Below are positions 18,775 to 25,483 of a DNA stretch of 32,000 nt, piece by piece. This DNA comes from Pirellula staleyi DSM 6068 (GTDB lineage: Bacteria; Planctomycetota; Planctomycetia; Pirellulales; Pirellulaceae), in the NCBI GenBank assembly GCA_000025185.1, contig CP001848.1:3450001-3482000 (forward strand). Direction: 5' to 3'. The notes beneath the pieces are model-generated. The model worked only from the letters and a program-made list of their open reading frames with translations. It made no database searches and was not told the origin of the DNA. Each line of letters begins with the position of its first letter. Position 1 is the first letter of the stretch. Made by a program: the position numbers and the translations under genes.

Positions 18775-18797
18775 TGTCGATTCGTGAGAAATCGACA
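18775..18797. promoter_or_regulatory. perfect 8-bp inverted repeat upstream of the transporter gene
   Basis: TGTCGATT-cgtgaga-AATCGACA. It lies 112-134 bp upstream of the transporter ATG at 18663 and 45 bp downstream of the preceding gene's stop. Confidence 0.3.
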
Positions 18798-18841
18798 CCG
18801 GTTTCCAAGAACTACGCGAACTTTTCGGCCCCTTTCGGAGG

Positions 18842-19153
18842 CTATTCCAGCGGCAGATAGGGATTCGTGGGGGCAGGGCGAAGCGAGGGAGCTCGGCCCG
18901 AAACAGGTGGGCTGGCTGGCTTCGGGGCTGGCGTAGGAACAGGCTCCGCCGACTCAATGACGTCTTCGGAAGTGGTGACCTGCGAGCCAGCTGGATCGAA
19001 GGCCGAGCCAACGCGACCACACTCGAGGTTGTCGCGCGTCCAGCGGCCACCGACATAGCCGTAAGCATAGTCGTACGGATGGCAGCAGATCGCGCAGCCA
19101 ACCGAGTTAGCCAAGAGACTGCTGACGATCACCAGCTGCAAGAGTCGCGACAT
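18842..19153 (-). CDS. small secreted Cys-rich / Pro-rich protein (possible lipoprotein)
   Basis: The ORF runs to 19315. I prefer the ATG at 19153 because it gives a signal peptide (MSRLLQLVIVSSLLANSVGC). The mature part reads CAICCHPYDYAYGYVGGRWTRDNLECGRVGSAFDP and ends in a Pro-rich tail. Confidence 0.55.
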   Translation of the reverse strand: MSRLLQLVIVSSLLANSVGCAICCHPYDYAYGYVGGRWTRDNLECGRVGSAFDPAGSQVTTSEDVIESAEPVPTPAPKPASPPVSGRAPSLRPAPTNPYLPLE

Positions 19154-19315
19154 CGCCAAATTCCTTCTTCCCGCGAAAATAGCGGCCACCGGCGCAAAGC
19201 TGGTGGCGCGTGGAAGAAAGATCGGATAACCGGCCGATGTTGCTTTAGGAAGACTTTGACGATTGCGCCCGATTTCCGCATTGCGGCGAATATCCGGGCA
19301 GCTGGGGACTGTCAC

Positions 19316-20083
19316 TCATTCCTGCATCGCCAGTTCGAAGTTGCGAGCAGCCATCTGCTGGCAGAGCGACGGGTGTCGATCGAGCAGTGATGCCACCACG
19401 CGCCAATCGAGCGAATCGGGCCCCAAGGCATCGATCAACATCTGCACGAATTCCCAGTCTAGTTCGTCCTGGATTGCTAGACGCAAGTCGTCACGGTCCA
19501 AAAGTTTAGGAAGGGGGAGCATACGCACGTGAAAATGGCCCGGATGACGATAAAGATAGCGCGAAGGATGCTGCCGGTCGAGTGGCTGATCGGCATCGCG
19601 GTCGGCTTCCAGCAGCGCGGTCACGTTGATCCATTCGGCGGCGACCCCTGTGCCGGTGGTGATTGCCGGGCGACCATCGGCGTGGGCAAAGCTGACGTAG
19701 TCGGTCGCTGGATCGCTCTCGGCGGTGCTAATCAGGCGGTCGATCAGATCGGCATCGACAAACGGCTGCGAAACCGACAGACGCACGATCGATTCAGCGG
19801 GAAAACGGGTGGCAGTAGCAGCCAAACGTGAGAGCGGATCCCCAGCGCTGCAGCCGTAAACCGTGACATCGGGGGGCGCTACTTCCGCCAAACTGCGAGC
19901 TACGGGATCGTTACCGGCGAGCACCACCACGCGGTCGAGAAAATGCGATTCGGTGGCGTGACGCACGATCCATTCGAGCAGTGATTTGCCGGCGAATCGA
20001 CGCTTTCCTATCGACCTAAGTAGCGAAGATTGGCCATCTACGAGCGAGGGCAACGCCTCGACGACTCCGAGGGTCTTGTACAT
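19316..20083 (-). CDS. cytidylyltransferase-like (SpsF/COG1861-like) nucleotidyltransferase-fold protein
   Basis: This is a 255-aa ORF. FAGKSLLEWIVRHATESHFLDRVVVL and the later SQPFVDADLIDRLI resemble the GT-A-like cytidylyltransferase fold. The assignment comes from pattern memory only. Confidence 0.5.
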   Translation of the reverse strand: MYKTLGVVEALPSLVDGQSSLLRSIGKRRFAGKSLLEWIVRHATESHFLDRVVVLAGNDPVARSLAEVAPPDVTVYGCSAGDPLSRLAATATRFPAESIVRLSVSQPFVDADLIDRLISTAESDPATDYVSFAHADGRPAITTGTGVAAEWINVTALLEADRDADQPLDRQHPSRYLYRHPGHFHVRMLPLPKLLDRDDLRLAIQDELDWEFVQMLIDALGPDSLDWRVVASLLDRHPSLCQQMAARNFELAMQE

Positions 20084-20117
20084 CCTTGCAATCCTGTATT
20101 TTCCTGGAACGCCTCGA

Positions 20118-20192
20118 TGGGAGAGATTTAAGGCGAACTCAGGAGCCCTTATAGATAATCCAAGGGCCGCGAAAGCGTCAAGCTATCTCTCC
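20118..20192. other. 75-nt nested-hairpin element (candidate structured RNA or cis-regulatory element)
   Basis: The outer 9-bp stem is GGGAGAGAT (20118-20126) paired with ATCTCTCCC (20184-20192). Inside it are GCCCTT (20144-20149) paired with AAGGGC (20161-20166), and CGC-GAAA-GCG (20067+100 offset corrected: 20167-20176). An alternative pairing, TAAGG (20128-20132) with CCTTA (20146-20150), competes with the inner stem. Confidence 0.3.
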
Positions 20193-20314
20193 CCCACTTG
20201 CGGTAAACCGAACAGGTGGAAGGAGATAAGTGGTCGAAAGAGGGCAAACGAGGTGCCCCAAGGCCACGCCAGTGGGATTTATCTACCTAAAAGATCGATG
20301 GCCCGATGGCCGGA

Positions 20315-21019
20315 CTATTCTTCCGGAGCGTACATCAGCCGGCCGCAGCTCTTGCAGTAGACCAGCTTGTTCAGCCGCAGCTGATCGATCGTTTGGGGGG
20401 AGAGCATGGTGAAACAGCCGCCACAAGTTCCGCCATCGAGTGGCCCGAAAGCGTCGGCGCCGCGACCCTTCACCAGGCGGTTGTATTCAGCTCGCATTTC
20501 CTCGGGGAGTGGCTTTTCAGCTTCGGCGAGTTCCGATTGCACCCGCACGAGTTCGCTCTCGAGCCGCTCTTGCTGCTCGTCGACACGGGCCTTCACTTTG
20601 GCAAGTTCGTCCTTGGTTTTGGACAAAACCACCTCAGCCCCTTTGACATTCTCTTGCAGCGCATCGAGTCGCTCGAGTCCCTCGAGAATCTCGTCCGAAA
20701 GGACGCTGTTGGCTTGCTGATCGGCGGCAATCTGATCCTTCAGCAGCTGATACTCTTTGTTATTGTTGGCTCCGTGGAGCTTTGTCTGCAGGTCCTTGAT
20801 GCGAGCCTCACGCTGCTTGAGTTGCAGCTGACGTTCGTCCGAAGAAATGCGGGCTGTTTTGTAGAGCTCTTTCGCCGTAGCGATATCAGCTTCGCATTTT
20901 TTGACGTTCGCTTCCGTCACCTTAATCTGCCGTGGCCCTCGCGCAAGTCGATCTTGCAAATCGGCGAGTTGCTGATGAATTCGGTGAAGTGTTCGCAGCG
21001 TTTCGGTCAGCGTGGTCAT
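20315..21019 (-). CDS. COG1579/DUF164-type coiled-coil protein with a C-terminal C4 zinc ribbon
   Basis: This is a 234-aa ORF. A long coiled coil (LHRIHQQLADLQDRL...NNKEYQLLKDQIA) ends in CGGCFTMLSPQ...YCKSCGRLMY, the characteristic architecture of this family. Confidence 0.85.
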   Translation of the reverse strand: MTTLTETLRTLHRIHQQLADLQDRLARGPRQIKVTEANVKKCEADIATAKELYKTARISSDERQLQLKQREARIKDLQTKLHGANNNKEYQLLKDQIAADQQANSVLSDEILEGLERLDALQENVKGAEVVLSKTKDELAKVKARVDEQQERLESELVRVQSELAEAEKPLPEEMRAEYNRLVKGRGADAFGPLDGGTCGGCFTMLSPQTIDQLRLNKLVYCKSCGRLMYAPEE

Positions 21020-21025
21020 CGTCGC

Positions 21026-21057
21026 AGGTACCCTAGCCCATGATTAATTAGGTACCC
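21026..21057. repeat. direct repeat AGGTACCC x2 (each with a GGTACC palindrome core), 24 bp apart
   Basis: AGGTACCC occurs at 21026-21033 and 21050-21057. Both copies lie between the candidate promoter and the ATG at 21019 of the COG1579 gene. Confidence 0.4.
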
Positions 21058-21059
21058 GA

Positions 21060-21089
21060 ATTATAGCAGCTTTGATCGCCCGCTGTCGC
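21060..21089 (-). promoter_or_regulatory. candidate promoter for the COG1579 gene
   Basis: On the minus strand, GCGACA (21089-21084), an 18-nt spacer, then a perfect TATAAT (21065-21060). It lies just downstream of the rpoD terminator. Confidence 0.4.
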
Positions 21090-21143
21090 GCTGTCTGATT
21101 CGGCCCGGGCTGTGAATCGTCGAAGAAATTCGCTCCGCAAACG

Positions 21144-21185
21144 AAAAAAAGGACCATCGACGGCCGATTTTGCCACCGATGGTCC
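21144..21185 (-). terminator. rho-independent terminator of rpoD
   Basis: On the minus strand, GGACCATCG...CGATGGTCC forms a 9-bp stem. Inner GGC/GCC pairs and wobble pairs extend it. It is followed immediately by TTTTTTT (plus-strand A-run at 21144-21150) and lies 45 nt after the rpoD stop. Confidence 0.85.
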
Positions 21186-21229
21186 CTTCAGGAGTCGATT
21201 CGTGATTCGCTAGAGGCTTGGTTGCTAAC

Positions 21230-22864
21230 CTAGCTCGCCATTTGCTTCAAAAAGCCTTCCAGCTGTTTGCTGCGCACTGGATGCTGAAGTTTTCGGACCG
21301 CTTTGGCTTCGATTTGACGAACACGTTCGCGGGTCACTTTGAAAATGCGACCTACCTCTTCAAGCGTGTAGGTATAGCCGTCGCACAGGCCGTAACGAAG
21401 GCGAATGATTTCGCGTTCGCGCCACGTGAGGGTCTTCAGCAGGCCATCAATCCGTTCACGAAGGATGCCATTGGTCGCGCAGAGCACGGGATTGTCGCTG
21501 GCCGTATCTTCGATGAACTCGCCAAAGCTCGAGTCTTCACTGTCACCCACCGGGCGATCAAGGCTCACCGGATGACGACCGATGTCGAGCACGCGCTTTA
21601 CTTCTTCGAGCGGCAAGTCGACGAGCGCGGTCACTTCTTCGGTCGTCGGTTCGCGGCCAAGTTCTTGCAGCAACTTTTTCTGCACGTTGCGCAGCTTCGA
21701 AAGGACATCGATCATGTGCACGGGAATGCGAATCGTACGTGCTTGGTCAGCAATCGCGCGTGTAATCGCCTGACGAATCCACCATGTGGCATAGGTCGAG
21801 AACTTAAACCCACGACGATATTCGTACTTGTCCACCGCGCGCATCAGGCCGGTGTTCCCTTCCTGAATCAGGTCGAGGAACGAGAGTCCACGATTACGAT
21901 ACTTCTTGGCGATCGACACCACGAGCCGCAAGTTGCCGCTCGAGAGTTGACGCTTCGCTGCTTCGTATTCGATGTACTGACGTTGCATTGCCACGCAGCG
22001 AGCGCGGAGCGAACGGGGGCTTTCGAGCGTTTCCATCATCAGGTGATGAAGTTCGCGGCGGAGCGAGCGACGCTCGAAGCGTCGGCCATCTTCCTGCTTG
22101 ATTGCTTTGAGACGAGCACGGACGCGCTCCATACGCGATGCGAGTTGCTCCATCTCTTTCATCAGCGGCTGAACGCGGCGCGTGCGCAAACTGAGCTCTT
22201 CGACCAATTGCAGGCACTTGCCTCGTCCTCGCAAAAACGTGCGTCGCGATTGCTGACGTTCTTCGCGCGAAGTGCTGGGACGAATCAACTTGCCGAACGC
22301 CTTTTTGTTGCGGCCGAGCAATTGCTCGATCGAACGCAAATTGTGCGGCATGCGTGCCAGAATCTGTTCCTTGGTCAGCTGCTCGGTGAGCGAAACTTTG
22401 ATCGTCCGGTCGAAGGGCAATTCACCGGCGTACACTTGGGTGAGTGTTTGCACGGTGGCGCGCATTGCATAGTCGCACGACAAAATAGTGCGGCGGAAAC
22501 GCTTGCGCGTCACCTCGATTTTTTTGGCCAGCGAGATCTCTTCCTGACGCGAAAGGAGCGGGATTTCCGCCATTTGCGAGAGGTAGAGTCGAATCGGATC
22601 GCTGTTGAGCTTTTTGCTCTCTTCAGGCTTCAGCGGAACTGCATCGCTTTCGCGCGGTACAAACAAACGAGGTTTGCCTGGCTCTACCGGTGGCTGATCC
22701 ACCAGTTCGATTCCGGCATGTTCGAGTGCCACGAGCAGGTTGTCGAGCTTTTCAGGATTGACGTCTTGATCGGGCAGATAGTTGTTGACGTCTTCGTAGG
22801 TCAGATAGCCTTGGGTGTTTCCCTTGGCGACCAATTCTTTTAGTTCGATTCCAAGATGATTCAT
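21230..22864 (-). CDS. rpoD: RNA polymerase primary sigma factor (sigma-70)
   Basis: This is a 544-aa ORF. Region 2 reads [54 protein letters not shown]. Region 4 reads [15 protein letters not shown]...[30 protein letters not shown] lies 10 nt upstream of the ATG. Confidence 0.97.
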   Translation of the reverse strand: MNHLGIELKELVAKGNTQGYLTYEDVNNYLPDQDVNPEKLDNLLVALEHAGIELVDQPPVEPGKPRLFVPRESDAVPLKPEESKKLNSDPIRLYLSQMAEIPLLSRQEEISLAKKIEVTRKRFRRTILSCDYAMRATVQTLTQVYAGELPFDRTIKVSLTEQLTKEQILARMPHNLRSIEQLLGRNKKAFGKLIRPSTSREERQQSRRTFLRGRGKCLQLVEELSLRTRRVQPLMKEMEQLASRMERVRARLKAIKQEDGRRFERRSLRRELHHLMMETLESPRSLRARCVAMQRQYIEYEAAKRQLSSGNLRLVVSIAKKYRNRGLSFLDLIQEGNTGLMRAVDKYEYRRGFKFSTYATWWIRQAITRAIADQARTIRIPVHMIDVLSKLRNVQKKLLQELGREPTTEEVTALVDLPLEEVKRVLDIGRHPVSLDRPVGDSEDSSFGEFIEDTASDNPVLCATNGILRERIDGLLKTLTWREREIIRLRYGLCDGYTYTLEEVGRIFKVTRERVRQIEAKAVRKLQHPVRSKQLEGFLKQMAS

Positions 22865-23046
22865 GGGTCACGATCCTCCTTGAACGTGAGCCACACTTGG
22901 CCAGTCAAAATCTCCCGGGGAGGAAACTTCGATTCGCAAAATGTGGAGATGCATCGCAAACAATCGGCACGGCAAGTTGGCAGGTTCTTGCGTTGCCCCC
23001 CATTGCGGGACACAAGTTCCAGCCGCATCGCACAGCCTCGCAGTTT

Positions 23047-24894
23047 TCACCCATCCATGGGTGAAATGATTCCCTGCTGTTGTCGTTTCGCGTCGATCAG
23101 TTGTTTCAAAACATCCACCTCCTCGTCTTCGCTCATCTGTTTACTAGCGAGCGCTTCCTCGGTTGCCAGAAGTTCACGCTGCTTCTGATGGTGACGAAAG
23201 CTATTAAGCACAGCCCGCATGCGCGTGGGCGCATCGTGGAGTGCCTTGGGTTCTTTTTGGGATGCAACTTCGACGAGCCCAGCCAGCAGGCTCTTGAGGG
23301 CGGGATTCTCGATCGAAGCAAGGATCGCACCAAATTCGAGCGATCCCCCCGACTCTTCCATCTCGCGATAGGCTACGAAAACTTCGCGAGCCGCTTGCGA
23401 GGTGATATCGACATCGCTGAGTTCGCCGAGGGCAATCGGCACGAGTTCTTCATGCAGCGCCATGATCTCGAGCAATTCCGACTCGCGCGGAGGAATCGAA
23501 GCAAGTTGGTACTCTGCTGCAGTGATCGGTTTCGTCGTTTCGAGTTTCGCGGTCTTCGGCTGCAACTGCTTGAAACGCGTCGCAATATCGAGATCGTCGA
23601 GCCGAAACACACGTGCCAAGCGAGCCAAAATCTGCTTCAGTCGCAGCGCCGTCGTATCAGCCGCATTCGCAGGATCCACACCCTTGGCCAGCAGCGTAAG
23701 AATTCCTTCGAGCGCCTTGTTGGCCAGATGCGTATCGCGAACCGGATCGATCCCTTGAATCGCGAGCCGAATTTTGTGCTCGAGCGCGTCCACTGCCGTT
23801 GCGAGGAGTCGACGAACCTCGTCTCCCCCTTTTTCCTGCAGGATTTCGGCCGGATCGTACTCGTCGGGGAGCGTGAGAATTCTCAGGTCCAGCTGCGACG
23901 AGACAAACAGTTCCAGGATTTCATTGGTGCGCCTTTGTCCCGCCTCATCGCCATCGAGCAGCAGTGTGACCGAATCGGCAAATCGGCGAATCAGCTGAAT
24001 ATGGCGGCTGTTCAAAGCCGTTCCGAGCACAGCCACCACGTTCTTCAGTCCATACTGATGGCACATGATCACGTCGGTATAGCCTTCCACCACCGTGAGC
24101 GAGCGTGACTTGCTGACCACTTCTTTGGCGATGTCGAGGGCGTAGAGATTTTCGCTCTTCGAGAACAATCGGGTTTCGGGAGAGTTGATGTACTTGGCGG
24201 CATCTGCCTGCGATGCTCCCGGCAAAATACGTCCGCCAAAAGCAATCGGACGACCCAGAGGATCGCGAATCGGGAAGATCAGCCGACCTTTGAACCGATC
24301 GTAGTGCGTGCCACGTTCCGACTTGCCGGCGAGTCCCGTCGCTTCGAGCACGGCAGGTGAAAAGCGTGCAGTGCGAGCTCGGTCGATCAACCAGCTCCAC
24401 TGATCCGGCGCATAGCCAATCGAAAACTTACGGATGCTTTCGTCGGTGATGCCACGCTCGCGAACATAATCGCGAGCCGCAGCAGCGATCTCGCTACGCA
24501 AAAAACATTCGTGATACTGCTGTCGCGCCCATTCGGTGCAGGCTAGCAGGGTGTTCTTGTCGTTGGGGCTACCAGGCTCAACCGGTTTGCTGTGCTGCTG
24601 TTCAACCAGTTTCACGCCCGCGCGATCGGCGAGCATGGTGAGGGCTTCGCGAAAATCGCAGCCCTCTTTCTGCATGATGAAACTAAAGATGTCTCCGCCG
24701 ATATCGCAGACCCAGCATTTCCATGTCTGGCGGTCGGGGTTGACCTGCAAACTGGGCTTGCTGTCGTTGTGCCAAGGGCAAAGACCAACGAACAATCGTC
24801 CGCTGCGACGCAGTTCCATGTAACTGCCGACCACATCGACGATCGAAACCGCTTGTCGTACTTGCTCTTTTGCATCGCCGCTGAGCACTGCCAT
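23047..24894 (-). CDS. dnaG: DNA primase
   Basis: The ORF runs to 25185. I prefer the ATG at 24894 (MAVLSGDAKEQVRQAVSIVDVV), which matches the usual distance to the zinc-binding motif CPWHNDSKPSLQV...WKCWVCDIGGD. The TOPRIM region reads VVEGYTDV...LLDGDEAGQ. It sits directly upstream of rpoD. Confidence 0.93.
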   Translation of the reverse strand: MAVLSGDAKEQVRQAVSIVDVVGSYMELRRSGRLFVGLCPWHNDSKPSLQVNPDRQTWKCWVCDIGGDIFSFIMQKEGCDFREALTMLADRAGVKLVEQQHSKPVEPGSPNDKNTLLACTEWARQQYHECFLRSEIAAAARDYVRERGITDESIRKFSIGYAPDQWSWLIDRARTARFSPAVLEATGLAGKSERGTHYDRFKGRLIFPIRDPLGRPIAFGGRILPGASQADAAKYINSPETRLFSKSENLYALDIAKEVVSKSRSLTVVEGYTDVIMCHQYGLKNVVAVLGTALNSRHIQLIRRFADSVTLLLDGDEAGQRRTNEILELFVSSQLDLRILTLPDEYDPAEILQEKGGDEVRRLLATAVDALEHKIRLAIQGIDPVRDTHLANKALEGILTLLAKGVDPANAADTTALRLKQILARLARVFRLDDLDIATRFKQLQPKTAKLETTKPITAAEYQLASIPPRESELLEIMALHEELVPIALGELSDVDITSQAAREVFVAYREMEESGGSLEFGAILASIENPALKSLLAGLVEVASQKEPKALHDAPTRMRAVLNSFRHHQKQRELLATEEALASKQMSEDEEVDVLKQLIDAKRQQQGIISPMDG

Positions 24895-25339
24895 ACCTCG
24901 ACAAAAAACGAAACCACCAGTGCGCGGGCGACATTGCCCGAACCTGCTACGCCTGATTTTAGCGGCGCTTCGGGCCAGCGATATACGCGGCCGTCGGTTT
25001 CGTGGTGCGAGGTTGGTGGTCACGTCGAAAAGGGACCTAAAAATAAGCGGCCTTGCCACAAAGATCGATTCGCAGGTATTTACCGCACCCATGACACAGC
25101 CGCGTGATATTCGTCTGCTTCTTTCGTCTGCTGTGCACCAGCGTGCAGAGGAAACGTCAGCAGAGGTCACGCGAGCATTCGCCAAAGGAACCGTGGCTGC
25201 GAAGGGATCTCCCGAACATCTAGGGTCGCATGCTTGCGGCAGCTAGAAGTCTGTGGAGTTGAAAGATGCGTCCTTGCGATAGGCGGCGAGATGAGAGAAA
25301 TCGCTGCACGATCGGTGTGCCATCCTTAGCACGCTCGAG

Positions 25340-25367
25340 ATTATAGGCAGGGTCGCCCTTCGGTCAA
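25340..25367 (-). promoter_or_regulatory. near-consensus sigma70-type promoter about 440 nt upstream of dnaG
   Basis: On the minus strand, TTGACC (25367-25362), a 16-nt spacer, then a perfect TATAAT (25345-25340). It lies immediately downstream of the terminator at 25408-25451. Confidence 0.55.
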
Positions 25368-25407
25368 CGCGAGAATTTTCATGAGCCCATTTGGTCGGAA
25401 AATCGCG

Positions 25408-25451
25408 AAAAAATGGGGTCGAAGTGCTAGCTTGCTGCAGTAGCACTCCCC
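25408..25451 (-). terminator. rho-independent terminator of the 792-aa membrane protein gene
   Basis: On the minus strand the sequence is GGGGAGTGCTACTGCAGCAAGCTAGCACTTCGACCCC followed by ATTTTTT. There is an inner stem of 7-9 bp (AGTGCTA/TAGCACT) and an outer GGGG/CCCC stem with a 4-nt bulge. It lies 33 nt after the stop at 25484. Confidence 0.75.
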
Positions 25452-25483
25452 TAGGTTTCGCGATTCGACGCAGCTTTGTAGAG

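Noticed and set aside
19185-19207. The hairpin GCCACCGGC-gcaaa-GCTGGTGGC, considered as a terminator of the cytidylyltransferase-like gene.
   Set aside because: In the minus-strand sense it has an A-C mismatch and only a short, offset U4. It lies 32 nt from the next gene's ATG, so it is more likely part of that gene's leader. Support is insufficient.
20118-20195. A tRNA or tRNA-like gene, suggested by a 7-9 bp terminal stem, a length of about 75 nt and a following CCA.
   Set aside because: There is no T-loop (GTTCRANYC) and no 7-nt anticodon loop; the loop is 11 nt. The third hairpin is a 3-bp GNRA stem, and there is no D-arm. I keep it only as a generic structured element.
21218-22843. A 541-aa plus-strand ORF spans almost all of rpoD.
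   Set aside because: It is an antisense shadow ORF of a GC-rich, highly conserved gene. Its sequence is low-complexity and rich in Phe, Arg, Leu and Ala, with no recognisable motifs. The opposite strand encodes an unmistakable sigma-70.
24895-25185. A 97-codon N-terminal extension of the dnaG ORF from a TTG start.
   Set aside because: The extension is Arg/Cys-rich nonsense-like sequence. The conserved primase N-terminus begins a few residues after the ATG at 24894, matching the usual distance to the zinc-binding motif.
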